A stretch of 63,875 bases of DNA, the filler included, from Ministeria vibrans ATCC 50519 (Eukaryota; Protista; Filasterea): NCBI GenBank assembly GCA_943704425.1. It is 12 parts of 12 records of this genome, joined end to end, with 100 filler letters (N's around TTAATTAATTAA, not from the genome) between each part and the next. Parts side by side here need not be neighbours in the genome. Positions count along the whole stretch, not along the records: positions 25,044 to 45,613 come from CALSCP010000515.1; 11 more parts are not named here. One strand, 5' to 3'. Both the position numbers and the translations under genes were made by a program. The notes under the pieces are model-generated. The model worked only from the letters and a program-made list of their open reading frames with translations, did no database searches and was not told where the DNA came from. Of this stretch, positions 28,379 through 44,833 are shown piece after piece (within the stretch, counting starts at the first letter, position 1; every line of letters starts with the position of its first letter).

Positions 28379-31300
28379 TCATTTTGCGCCTCCGTGACAA
28401 AAGGCACCAACAAAAGCAGCTGCATTGTTCTCTTGCACTGCCTTGTGACACGACGCAATCACCTGTGCCTTTTCTCGCCCCGCTGCATCAAACGCAGATC
28501 GATTAGAAAGAAAGTTGACATCCAATTAGAAAGAAAGTTTACAACAAAAAGTCAAACATAGTACTTCGACCATAGTGCCCTGGATTAGGGGAGCATTATA
28601 ATTTTTGTACACCTATATATATATATATACCTCTCAAGCGACTAGCTAGATCTGTAGTGCGGTTGATGAGCTTGAGTAGTCGCTGCAGCTCCCTCTCGTT
28701 TACACTGCGCTTGCGATACTCTTGAGTCAGCTCCCGGTTGGTGCTGTGCAATGACACGTAATGCCCTTTCATGTCGTGACTGCAGCCACACATAAAAAAA
28801 GCATGTAATATCATTGTTATTATCAATGTCACTATATACTCAAGTAAAAAACCCCCACAACTTATCATTATCTTGCGCTTACATGTTTCCCAGGGAGCGT
28901 GAGTCTTCTGCGCGTACAAGCAAACCGCGTGCGCGTTGGGCATATTCAGCAATGTCGCTTGTGAGCGCCTGCAACGTGCCCTCCAGCGCCCCCACCGCCC
29001 GAAGCGCCTCCACTACCGCATCCGTCTCGCCCACAAACTCAGCGGTCGACGACAGCTGGTCAAGGTGCAGGAAGCTCACCATAGACTGCACAATGTCGCC
29101 GGCTAGCTGTAGGTTGTTGGTGCGTACCGTCACCTATTAAATAGGAGTTTGTGGACACATGACAATATCAATCACAATCGAATGATCATATTTTAAAATC
29201 CATAACCTCTTCCAACTATCTTACTTGCTCGGTGCTCTTGGGATCAAATGCAATGGAGAGTGTCTCGCTTGAATTGCGCACAGAAACAAAAGAGAGAGTC
29301 ACCCGACCATCGCGACCAACAAGTGCATCAGGAGACTGGCGAAGGGGCACCGGCAGGAAGAAGACATGTTGGGCCCAGAGAGCAATGCGTTGGGCGCGCT
29401 CCGTCACCTGAAAGCGCACAAAGGAGGCAGAGGGTGCACCAAGTCGCTCGCGCACATGCGAGTACATCATGAAGCGAGGCAAGGAATGCGTGGACTCAAA
29501 TACTTGAAAGTGCGTGCTGCAAAATTAAAACGCCCGGAAAGCGACGGATCAATTGTAAAGAATGATTCATATTCGTTATAATTATTGTAAACCTTGCACG
29601 GTAGCCAACGAGCGTCTTGACATTGAGACTGAGTGAAACGTCACGCGGGGGCTGTAGACGCACTTGTACCACACTGCGCGCCTGTCCACTGCGCGGATGT
29701 CTATATATGCCAATTGCAAGATTTATGAGTAAAAATAACACTAATAATATAATTATTATTATTATTATTATTATTATTATTGTTGTTGTTGGTGTTGTTA
29801 TTATTCACTCTTCACTTTGCATTGTCGATCGTCTTACTCAATGTATGTGTCACCGTCCTCAAAGAGCCCCTCGGCAAATACAATCACGGAGCGCACAATC
29901 GTGTCATTGTTGGTCGAAACGGTCTGCAATTAAAACAATGATAATAATAATTATTATGATGATAACTATAATATAATTCAAAATAATTATTGATGAAATA
30001 ATTATAATAATTATTATAATATAAATAAAGACGTACGCGTTTTTATACGCATGTAGAATTATATTAATTAAACTTACGAAAAGAAGCGAGCCGGAACGAA
30101 CGGGTGTCGGGTCCTCAAGCTGGAGATCGACAAGAACCATGGTGCCGGTGGGAACAACCACTTGCGGACCCACACTGTGTACGTGCAAAATGGCGTCGGC
30201 ACTTGCGTCCTTGTCCCTCCCAATATGATGATCTGCGCTTGCGCCAGGTACAAGACCCTCCACTGGCAGCGCCGTCCGAACCCGCCCCGCCATTTCTTTA
30301 TCCATACGCTCCGGCGACAACGATCGTGGTGACGACGGAAGCACCTCTTTCTGCGCGTGCGTCGCCTGCTTATCACCCGGCGCCCACTTGGCATCCGTCC
30401 CGATCCGCCGCATCCCCACCATGTCCACCACACTCCCCTCCGCTCCTCGTGGTCTCTCTCCGGGTCCGACGGGTGTGCTTGCACTTCGACGTTCTTTTGC
30501 CAGTTCTGCCGATTCCTCCACATGTGAGATTTCCTTCAGCATATCCTACAAATATTCAAAAGAAAAAGGAAACAATAATAAGAATAATATCGAACTACTA
30601 ATAAAATAATTTTTCTTTTTTTTATCACAATAATAATCAAAAAAAATAATAATGATAGTAATAAAAGCTCAATCTTAAGCTTGCCTGCTTCTTCTGGTTT
30701 AGCGATCGCAACATCTCCTGCCCAATCTCTGCATTGAGAATGTTGGCGCGGGTCTCCGAGTCGGGAGTGCCATAGCCACGAACTGAATGATCAACATGAA
30801 ATGAACACAGCAATGCAAGAAACGTCAATACACAAAAACAAACACAAACATTATAATTACACCCCGGTGCTACAAGTACCTTCGCCACTCTGCGAGATGC
30901 ACACCACTTCCTTATGACCAATGCCGCGGTAGTCAGCCAGCGTCAGCGCCGCAACAGGACCGCCAAAGTGATCCCATAGCATTATCTCGCCCGTCTGGTC
31001 CGAACGCACGTCCACTCGCCCATTCGCCCATGCTTCAAAAAAAAAATACGTCATAATAATTCTTCTTCTTCTAATTTTTATTAGTGTACCTGTGATTAGC
31101 TCAGGGACTCCGTCGCCGTCCAGATCAAAAACACAAGAACCGCGCATGCCACAGCGATTGTGGATGCGCCACAGAGGACTCGTCCGCTCGTACGCCCCAA
31201 GCGTACCGTTACCCAGTCCAAATGCAAATCGATGGTGTCCCGGAAGTGGCGTCAATTGATGAACCACCGCCTTTTCGCTCACTTGATACATCACCTAAAT

Positions 31301-32377
31301 TTTGAAGTAAAGTCAGTCTTAATATTAATCACATAACTATAACTAATAATAACAGTAATAAAAGAATACAATTGAAATAAAATGCCAATCATAACAGTAA
31401 TAATAAGAAGAAGACGTACTGATCATGATGATGAAAAAATTAATAATAAAAATTTAATAATAATAATGCTGATAAAAATAATAATAATAATAATAATAAT
31501 AATCATGCGTATCATGATTGAAGAATGATCATGGTCATGATAAAAAAGTCAGACAACGTAGCATCGTAATGTTCCCGGCGGAATATTAATCACTAATGCT
31601 TATAGGATATGCACCTCTTCTCCGCGTAGCACACGAATCTCCCGGTCTTCTGACCCCACCAACAGTTGAAAGGTTCGGTCACCAGCCAAATCACCACACG
31701 CCATCGCACTCACACGATCCCCTTCATGATCCTTATTAATGAAGAAGAAGATCATAAATAATTATTTATATACCTGTCACAGTCCAAAACTGATCTCGCC
31801 CTTCCCAGTCGTAGCCCTGAATCGAACAAGTTCCTCCAATCAGCGCAACCGGTGTTGGGTCGTCGTGAAGCGAGCCCAGAGCAAGAACACTCACCCCATC
31901 GGCGACATCCTATTGTATGATAAGGAAGTGTTGGGGTTTGCCGTTGACATGTTGTCGTTTTTTGAAACAGATTGACACATCCGGCTTGAACTTAAAGACT
32001 CAACACAAACCTTGCTGAAGACGTTGGCGTTGTTTTCAACATCGTACGCTATTACTCGAGACGCGGTTCCAAACACAAGCGTGTCGCGTCCGGTCGGATC
32101 CAGTGAGCCTGGTTGCGAAAACAGAGACGCAGACCATTTTTTGAAAGGTTCACAAAATATCAGCCGCATCGCCATCTCTACTACCTGCGACAAGGCAAGT
32201 GACTTTCTGACTAATGTTGAGAGGCGATAAACGTGCTTCTCGCGAGTCATAGAGGAGAACACGGCCAGTGTCCGTTCCAATGGCCAAAGCCGAATTTCGA
32301 CCGTTAAACGCACCGCACGCCATCATGCGCGGCGCCACCGACGTCTCCAGTTGAATAGAGAACAATGGGACAAGCAT
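28379..32377 (-). CDS. BBS2: Bardet-Biedl syndrome 2 protein (BBSome), multi-exon
   Basis: 'MLVPLFSIQLETSVAPRMMACGAFNG', 'FAFGLGNGTLGAY', 'FDLDGDGVPELIT/WANGRVDVRS', 'LPRFMMY', 'ERAQRIALW', 'ASRLR'. Confidence 0.92.
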
Positions 32378-32473
32378 GGGAGCAGAGATGAAAAAAATAA
32401 ATTAATAACAATTCCAATTCATTTTTGAAGTCTGCTGTCTGAAACTACTAAGAAATAAAAAGGAACCCCTTCA

Positions 32474-34470
32474 CTATGGGTGATTGACAAGAGCAAACGT
32501 CATCGCCTTGAGGTCTTCAATGGTGTGTTCGTGGTCCTCAAAGGACCCGTCGTATGTTTGGTCGCACACGGGTTCGTCTTCGACATGATGGAAACAATAC
32601 GTGAACTCGCCATGGGGCTGAAAGTAAGGGTGTCCCAGACATTGCTCTAAACACAAACGATCAAAAAAACCGATCAAGACATTGTGATCCGTGCTTACCG
32701 GCACTCCATCGCTCCTCGTCGTCAATCTTGAGCATCTTATCAATCAGATCAAGTGCTGTGAAAAAAGAAAATGTCAAGTCGGACGTGACATAATTTTGTG
32801 CATTGTGTGTCATTGATGTGTGTGTGTGTTTGTGTGTGTGTGTCTTTGTGATGTGTCTACGTGGCGTGTCTTTACTATGTAAACGTGTGACTTTGGTTGT
32901 GTTTGCGAATGTGGTGGTGTACGCATGCGTGTGGATATATTATTCACAAAATGATTTTGTTTCAACGAACCGCCTTCACTGGCACCGGGAATGAGCTCGG
33001 CCAAGGGCTTCGGGTCGTACATACGGATTTCGCGCAGAAACTGGCGCGACTATATATCGACGCGAAACAGTCAGGAACACAAGAGCAAAGAATGGCGTAC
33101 CTTTTCGTTGTCAAGGCGGCCCACGACAGAGGGAGGGGGAGAACCGAGGAGAGAGAAAATCATGTGCAGCTGCGGGAAGTACGCAAACTGCTCATAGTCC
33201 CCTAGTAACGAGATACGAAAGAAAGATAGATGAGAAAGAAAGAAACAAAGTGATGAGATATATAATAAGAAAAGGACCCAAAGTGATAGTGATTGTGTGA
33301 GTAAGTAAGACAACAATGTAACACAGACATACGTTCGCTCTCGGCCGAGGGGAAGAGCGGCTGACGCTTAAAGAGTTCGGCCATGATACAGCCCACGGAC
33401 CAGATGTCAATCTTGCTGTTGTAGCGCTCCGGCATGAGCGACACCTCGGGCGCGCGCCACCACCTACACAACAACAGCACAAGCACAAACAGTAGTAGCA
33501 AGGTCAGCGAGTGTGACGATCGTGCGTGTGCGCGTGCCTAGTTGCGACGTAGTTGGTCATGGCCAGGCTCTGTGTGCGCGCAAGCCCAAAGTCAAGAATC
33601 TACACCAATTAATACGGACTTCATCAGTGACTCAACCTTCAAAGATTTTTTTTAAAAAAAAACCAAAACAAAAAGTGTACCCTTAAATCGCAGTCCTCCG
33701 TGATTCCAATGTTGCTTGGCTTCAGATCCTACGAAGAAAGTCACATGCATGTCATATGGATGGATGTCGCTTTCAGCGCATACGCGATGAATCACACCGG
33801 CCGAGTGGATGTATTTGAGTCCGCGCAGAATCTGGTAGATCAGAAGGCGAATCTCACGTTCGGTGTAGGGCTGCGAGCGGATAGTTGTGGCAAGGTCCAT
33901 GTCGAGCAGATTGGTCACAAGGTATCTACCAAAGATATACAAGTGAGACGTTCGACGAACACTTTGCACTCTCACTTCTGTCCTCCTTACATGTCTCTAC
34001 AGGTTTCGGACGTAGACCAGGGCGAGAAGGCGTCGAGCAGTTCAACAATCTACGTCGCGACAGAAGAGTGAGTGGCGAGAACTCGGGTGTTTCTGCACGT
34101 GAAGTCGGTTCGGTCGTACGTTGTCATGATGCATAAATTGCAAAAGCTTGACCTCTCGGTAGGTTCTCAGCGCATGGATGATGGTGTGGAATGGTCTGAT
34201 AAGCTTCTTGATGGCCACCACCTGGCCCGTGACACTGTCTTCGGCGGCGCTACGAGACAAACGTAAAAGTACGCTTTAAAAAGAGATTCGGACACACAAA
34301 CACACTTACGCAACGTGGCTGAACGTGCCACTGCCTACCATGGTGAAGTTCTGATAGCGATTGGGGGTCGTGAACGAAATGCCGTGGCTTGCAATGGTCT
34401 CGCGATGCCAGCCGGCGGGAATGGGCACGGACGCCCTGAAAGAGACGCACGGGTGAGTGTTAGTGGCCAT
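32474..34470 (-). CDS. p38-like MAP kinase (activation loop TNY)
   Basis: '[33 protein letters not shown]', '[26 protein letters not shown]', '[27 protein letters not shown]', '[14 protein letters not shown]'. Confidence 0.9.
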
Positions 34471-34653
34471 GTGCACGGCGTGTGTGTGTGTGTGTGTGTG
34501 TGTGGGATTACATGGTTCACTAGGATGTACGTCCGACGACACGTACAAAAAATCAAAAAATTGAAATGATAAACGAAAACAAAAAAGGCGTAAAAAATAC
34601 GAGTAATTACTAAAAACTGAAAATAATAATATTATTACTGCATTTCTCGTTGC

Positions 34654-36019
34654 ATGGTCGAATTAGGAAGAGGCATCTCTGTGGTTGCAGACGAAGACGG
34701 CCTGCACGACGTCGAGCGATTGGTGGTGGTGTACGACAGAGACGCGAGTGCCATTCCCGCTTCGCTGTGGACGCCGCGCGCCAAGTGGGCCGTCATGGAG
34801 CAGGCGCAGAGGCGCTTCAAGGGCATGTCGGTGATGGTGGCAGGGCCGTGGGAACTCATGATGGCCGACACGGACTTTCGCTTGGACGCCGCGTACTACT
34901 TCACCTTCAAAGTCGGTACACTGCGAAATCAATCCATCACAGTCCACTGCGTTGTGTCTCGCTCACCACGCCGCGCCTTTGTTCGTTGCAGATGGATTCA
35001 CGCAGAAGTTGCGTGCGGTGTGCAAGCCCAAAGACGAGTCGGTGTCCAGAGTGGAGACGAGCATGCAGGCTTGGCGTCCCGGCGACTCCATTCTCTTGCG
35101 AGGCGTGCCGCTGCTGTGGTTTGCCGACGCCACCGGCGAAGTGTCCATCGGCCTTGTCGAGGAGGCCTTCGGGGTGTTTGGCAATGTGAAGTGTGCCGAG
35201 GTGCACCAGGAGGCTCTCTATGTGCGCTACGAGGACGAGTCGAGCTTTCGGCGCGCCTTCAGTGCTCTCTCACGCTCGATGCGTCTGCGGCGCGTAGTCG
35301 AACGTCACAATAAGCGTAGTGGCGAGGGTGTTGCAGCAGTAGTAGCACCCACTGCCGTAGTGATACAGCTGGACGCGGTCACGCACGACAACACAGGCTT
35401 CATGCGCGACACGGCCATTCGCGAGCGGCGTTTTCAGCGTCGTCACGAACAACTACGACGTCAGGCGGAGATTCGCCGGAAGGAAGAGGCGGTACGAGAA
35501 GAAGAACGTCGTATGGCGCGCGAGAAGCGAGAGGAAGAAGAGGCGATGGAACGAGCGGAGCAGGAGCGAAAGCGAAAAGAAGCGCGACGTATTGAGCGCG
35601 AGCGACAGCGAGTTGAAGAGGAAGAAATCCGACTGAGACTTCTCGAGCAACAGCAGCGCCTGAGTGAATTACAAAGGGAACGAGCGCAGGAGGAGCAACT
35701 GCAACGGGAGCGAGAGGAGCTGGAACGACGGGCCAAGGAGCGTATTGAGAGGGAGGCAGAGCGACTGGCAGTGGAGGCGGCTGAGGCGGAGCTCCTGGCA
35801 AAGGAACAGGCGCAACAGCAACGCATAGCACAGGCGACCGAGCTAGAGGAGAAAATTGGGATGTTGGAGTATGAGAACCGAGTCATTGAGTATGTGTTGA
35901 CGGGGCGACGACTGGCGACTGAGCAACGCACAGTGCATCGGACACTGGCGGGTGCAGTGCCAGCGTCCGTCGTGTGCCGTCCCGACGAAGGTGACGGCGA
36001 CGCAGCCCACACTGCGTAG
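34654..36019 (+). CDS. AKAP17A/XE7-like splicing-associated protein (RRM-like + coiled coil)
   Basis: 'PGDSILLRGVPLLWF...FGVFGNVKCAEV', 'HDNTGFMRDTAIRERR', followed by a long E/R-rich coiled coil. Confidence 0.65.
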
Positions 36020-36145
36020 TGTAGACATTTTTTGTATGTACCGCTATCTATTATATACGATCCATGGGGGGAGCACGAGAGACATAAAAGATAAAAATTG
36101 AGGGATTGTACAAGAAAAGTGAAACAAAAATAATCCATGTTGAGA

Positions 36146-37215
36146 TTAGGAGGCGGGTTTAGCGTCGGAGGGAGCAGCAAGGCCATAAAGATGATTGAGG
36201 AACTTGTCGCTAAGCTGATTGTCAAAGTAGACCTATGCATAGCCAAAGTGAGTACTTAAGCGAAAGAAAAAGGAGAAAAGGAAAAGAAGAAACGATACCT
36301 GACGAATTTCAAGGAAGGTGTACAAGGTCAGCATGGAGTCGGAGCCGGCCTGGTGTTGCAGACCCACTCGCTCAATGTGCAGTGTATCCGCCACATCTTG
36401 CAAGCCCTACACATAAGGCAACATGCATGATGAGTAACTGTTATGGTGAGACAGTGCACGGTCGTACGCCTTGGAGGTTCTTGCAGGACAACATGAGATG
36501 CTTGATGTCGTAGATGCGCGGGAAGTACAGCTTGAGCAGCGAGTGGAAGTTGGCCTCAATCGCCTCCATAGGCAGACACGTTGCAACCTTGAGTAGGTAT
36601 GCAAAATCGTAGCCACTGTGAAAGGCAATCCAGGTGATTTCGGGGGTCGTCGAGAAGAGCAGTCCAGACGGAATGAGGAGCTCGCCAAACTCAAGCGGAT
36701 CAATGCCCTGTTAATGGTACAGAGATACACATCGTTTAATGTTGTGAAGAGATGCAACAGGTGGTGGGTTGATGTCACGTGAAAGAGTGTGTACCTCTTG
36801 CTCAAAACGCTTGAAATTGATTCCAGCGCGCTGCAAAAGATCAATCGAGTCGGGCGCACACATATCCTCCTGCAGACTGAACCGAAAGTTGAATTGCCAC
36901 GTTGACACGCCGCGTGGCGGCCGTCCGTGGGCGTCCGAGAATGACAGGCCCAGCTGAATCAGCTTCAGCATGTCCACATTACATCTTAGCTGCAACACAA
37001 CACACAAAGCGAAAAAAAAACACACAATGTCATGTCAATCATAAGAAGTCACTCTGGCGCAGCCCATCACATCGGCCGCATGCATCCATGCACACACCCG
37101 CACGTGCGACTGCGCCGACCCCCGCCCTTCCCGTCGTACTTGCTGGTAAGCGTAATCTGTCTGTTTTTGAAAGTTGCCCGTCGGCCGCGCAACCACCCCG
37201 GGAAACTCCGTGTCC
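36146..37215 (-). CDS. CAF1: CAF1/CNOT7-8 DEDD deadenylase; 5' end in gap
   Basis: 'DTEFPGVVARP', 'LRCNVDMLKLIQLGL', 'TWQFNF', 'FHSGYDFAYLLK', 'HQAGSDSMLT'. Confidence 0.95.
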
Positions 37216-37929
37216 TACGCCCCACCGCATACAAATCATCAGTGTTCCCTCCTTGACGACACCGTCCGACCCCAATGTGCCGTGGCAAAGAAAGAAAAGC
37301 CAAAAAAAANNNNNNNNNNNNNNNNNNNNNNNNNNNNNNNNNNNNNNNNNNNNNNNNNNNNNNNNNNNNNNNNNNNNNNNNNNNNNNNNNNNNNNNNNNN
37401 NNNNNNNNNNNNNNNNNNNNNNNNNNNNNNNNNNNNNNNNNNNNNNNNNNNNNNNNNNNNNNNNNNNNNNNNNNNNNNNNNNNNNNNNNNNNNNNNNNNN
37501 NNNNNNNNNNNNNNNNNNNNNNNNNNNNNNNNNNNNNNNNNNNNNNNNNNNNNNNNNNNNNNNNNNNNNNNNNNNNNNNNNNNNNNNNNNNNNNNNNNNN
37601 NNNNNNNNNNNNNNNNNNNNNNNNNNNNNNNNNNNNNNNNNNNNNNNNNNNNNNNNNNNNNNNNNNNNNNNNNNNNNNNNNNNNNNNNNNNNNNNNNNNN
37701 NNNNNNNNNNNNNNNNNNNNNNNNNNNNNNNNNNNNNNNNNNNNNNNNNNNNNNNNNNNNNNNNNNNNNNNNNNNNNNNNNNNNNNNNNNNNNNNNNNNN
37801 NNNNNNNNNNNNNNNNNNNNNNNNNNNNAAAAAAAAAAAAGAACGAAACGAAACGAAACGAAAAACGAAAAGATTAAAAAAAATCCCCAACGCGTCGCGG
37901 TCTGCGCCTCTTCTACGACGTCATCTTAG

Positions 37930-39884
37930 GACGACGGCACCACGCCCATACGATGACTGCTACTTCTTTCTGGAGGGGGCCTGCCGATACGTACGACGCA
38001 CTGAGTGCTCTGACGACGCGTTGTCATCGCTGTCCATTGTAGGGAGACGCCTGCCCGCGCCGCCACGCTGAAAGCGCCCGCGCTGCCTCGACAGTGTGCT
38101 CGAAGTGGCGTGCAAACTCGTGCACCGATCTCGGCTGCGCAGAACGACACATCGAAGGCAGTGTGAACAGTGCAGCGTCAGCCACCGCCGCACAGACCCC
38201 CACCTGCTACTACGAACGCCAGCCGTCCGGCTGCCTCAACCCCAACTGTCGATTTGCCCATACTCGTCCGCGCAACACGGTGACACCTGGCTCACCACCA
38301 AGCGCTGCAAAGCGCCTCGCCGCTGAGCCTCTTGAACCTGTGGCCATGCACAAAGTGGCGCGCATCAGCGAAACGTCGCCGGCTGATGAACAACGTCGCG
38401 CCGCCCGCTTTGGTCAGGTTATGCCAGTCATGGACTCGCCAATGACTCCTGTAGGTGTGTCACCTCAGGCCATGTTTGCCGTCATGATGGCCTCTCAACG
38501 CGCCGCCTCAATGGGCCTCCCCCCACGAGCAGCATTCCCCTCGTCTTTTTTTCCTCCACAGTTTCAGCAACAGCAACATCAACATCAACAGCAACACCAG
38601 CAACACCAACAGCAGCCTCGCACGGTGTCACAGCAACACGCACATTCTCGCTCACCCCCGCATCACGTGCAGCAACAGCAAGAACCCGTACGCTCCTCGA
38701 GCGCTCCAGTGCAAACCCCGTCGACATCGGAAGATGCCCCCATTGTTGTGGTTGCCGTCAAGGATGACGCCATGCAGCGCCGTGCCGCGCGGTTTGCCAA
38801 AGGAGCATCTGTAACCAAGACACCAACAGCAAGCTCTACTGCAACCGCTGTAACCAGTGCGACTGTGCAAACCGCAAAAGACAAGTCGCTCTCACCCGAT
38901 TCATCCAAACCCACCGCATCGTCTGCAAAGAGTCTTCCCGTCACCAAATCCACCGTATCGCCTGCAAAGAGTCTTCCCGTGACCAAACCCACAGCCGATC
39001 CCAAGAAGACATCTTCTGCGCCCTTGACCGTGTCTGTGCCTTTGTCGCGTCTTGAGAAACGCAAGCTTGAAATTGAACAGCTGCGCGTGTCGGGCAGTAT
39101 CAGCGACGAACAGGCCGAAAGAGCGATTGCGCAAGCAGAGGCGCTTTTGAACCGCTCGGGAGCCGCAGCAAAGCGACAGCAAAAGCCGCCACTTCCTGCA
39201 CCTCGTCAGACCGTGACCAAACCTACTGTGCCCTCCGTGACCGCCACAGTCAATGCCACCAAGTCAGCCACCGCCACCAAGTTGACCACCCCAGTGCAGA
39301 AGCAACCCACCATGGCCACACCACAGACCCCGGCATCCAGACCGCTTGCACCCCTTGCGGTCGCACCTGCGCAAGCTACGCCTACGCCTCCCAAGAAAAC
39401 GGCCGCACCTGCACAAGCTGCGCCTACGCCTCCCAAGAAAACGGCCGCACCTGCGCAAGCTGCGCCTACGCCTCCCAAGAAAACGGCCGCACCTGCGCAA
39501 GCTGCGCCTACGCCTCCCAAGAAAACGGCCGGTGCCCCAGCAAAATCAACAGTACCCAATCTCAAGTCGAAAGCCACTCCCACTCCCACTCCTACACCTG
39601 CGCCAAAACAGATCCAGACTGCCCCTTCTTCGTCGTCTGCGGCAATTCCAAACCGACGCGCCTCTCGCGTCAGTCTCGACGGTTCGCTCAACGAAGACGA
39701 TCTGGCCATTCAAGACCTCCTTCGCGTCCCTGTGCGCGGACCTCCGTCCGCACCGCTCGCTGCTGCGGTTGCCAATAACGACGACACCACCAATCCTATG
39801 GGTAGCAAAGACACGCACGATGACGATGACGATGACGACGAATTCGCTCGCGAAATGGCCGAACTGGACCGAATGCTCCAGTAA
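37930..39884 (+). CDS. ZC3H11A-like triple CCCH zinc-finger protein; start probably in gap
   Basis: 'DCYFFLEGACRY/GDACPRRHAESA...VCSKW...CAERH...CYYERQPSGCLNPNCRFAH', then a long low-complexity tail and an acidic C-terminal helix. Confidence 0.8.
39363..39530 (+). repeat. Coding tandem repeat, 4 x 42 nt (APAQAAPTPPKKTA)
   Basis: Four near-identical copies of GCACCTGCGCAAGCTGCGCCTACGCCTCCCAAGAAAACGGCC. Confidence 0.92.
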
Positions 39885-39902
39885 ATGATCGTACCAAGGA
39901 GG

Positions 39903-39941
<39 letters not shown>

Positions 39942-40041
39942 TAAGCAATACACTGTCGATCTTTTGTATATAATTACTCGTCAAGAGAGTTCTGTTTTTC
40001 TTTCCCATAATGTACATTTTACAAAAGTTGGTGCTTAGGGC

Positions 40042-40248
40042 TCACTTTCCCATTTTGTCCATGAGAGTCATTGGCGTGAGAATGTTCGAACGGTTCGTCT
40101 CAATGATGTGGCCGTTCATAATCATCTCGTCGAGTATCATGTGCGCCTTGTCCACGTGAAACATAATGTCCAGCTCGCACACATTCTCGAAGAAGCGATC
40201 GTACGTCTCCACCAGCGAATGGATAAACTCCAGCACACCCAGCTCATT
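40042..40248 (-). CDS. AP4S1: AP-4 complex sigma subunit, last exon
   Basis: 'NELGVLEFIHSLVETYDRFFENVCELDIMFHVDKAHMILDEMIMNGHIIETNRSNILTP'. Confidence 0.8.
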   Translation of the reverse strand, partial: NELGVLEFIHSLVETYDRFFENVCELDIMFHVDKAHMILDEMIMNGHIIETNRSNILTPMTLMDKMGK

Positions 40249-40341
40249 CTACACAAACTCTAAATCAGCATCTCTGCATCTCACGTTCTCTCACTCACTC
40301 TATCACTCTCCCTCTCTCTCTCACACACACTTTGTTTCTCC

Positions 40342-40400
<59 letters not shown>

Positions 40401-41082
40401 NNNNNNNNNNNNNNNNNNNNNNNNNNNNNNNNNNNNNNNNNNNNNNNNNNNNNNNNNNNNNNNNNNNNNNNNNNNNNNNNNNNNNNNNNNNNNNNNNNNN
40501 NNNNNNNNNNNNNNNNNNNNNNNNNNNNNNNNNNNNNNNNNNNNNNNNNNNNNNNNNNNNNNNNNNNNNNNNNNNNNNNNNNNNNNNNNNNNNNNNNNNN
40601 NNNNNNNNNNNNNNNNNNNNNNNNNNNNNNNNNNNNNNNNNNNNNNNNNNNNNNNNNNNNNNNNNNNNNNNNNNNNNNNNNNNNNNNNNNNNNNNNNNNN
40701 NNNNNNNNNNNNNNNNNNNNNNNNNNNNNNNNNNNNNNNNNNNNNNNNNNNNNNNNNNNNNNNNNNNNNNNNNNNNNNNNNNNNNNNNNNNNNNNNNNNN
40801 NNNNNNNNNNNNNNNNNNNNNNNNNNNNNNNNNNNNNNNNNNNNNNNNNNNNNNNNNNNNNNNNNNNNNNNNNNNNNNNNNNNNNNNNNNNNNNNNNNNN
40901 NNNNNNNNNNNNNNNNNNNNNNNNNNNNNNNNNNNNNNNNNNNNNNNNNNNNNNNNNNNNNNNNNNNNNNNNNNNNNNNNNNNNNNNNNNNNNNNNNNNN
41001 NNNNNNNNNNNNNNNNNNNNNNNNNNNNNNNNNNNNNNNNNNNNNNNNNNNNNNNNNNNNNNNNNNNNNNNNNNNNNNNNNN

Positions 41083-41193
<111 letters not shown>

Positions 41194-41197
41194 GTAG

Positions 41198-42370
<1,173 letters not shown>

Positions 42371-42463
42371 CATTAAAATTATCGCTTCCGAATTTGTTTT
42401 TCTTATCCTGTTCTTCGTTTCGCTTTTTTTTTTTTTTTTCTAATGTGAGTATTTAATAATTGT

Positions 42464-44401
<1,938 letters not shown>

Positions 44402-44833
44402 GATGGAGGGAGGAAACTAAGAAAAGAAGAAATTCGAATGAGATTATGTCATTATGAGAATATGTTATATGTCATATGAGATCATTGACGATTGAATAAG
44501 CCCCCTCTGTCCCCCTCTCCTCACCCCCCGTCGTTCAAGTCACCAGGTACTCGCCGCACTATGCAGTCAAAAGGCAGTGAAGAGGGTAAAGTGCGTATGT
44601 ACTGAATACTGATGGCTCTCTCTTTCCTCCTTTGAAATGTCAAGCGACACCTCTTCCCTCTTCGAAAGTACTTACTTAGACGTTACGTGTGCACCAGATG
44701 GTGCCCAAACGAACCCTGCTAAGATTATTCACGGCTTAGACGGGTCAGACCCTCAAATTAGTATCTCAGTCGCGTGTGTTGCTTTCTTGTGCTTGATTGC
44801 GGTAAAACTTGTGGACTGTTTGTTCTTCTTCTA

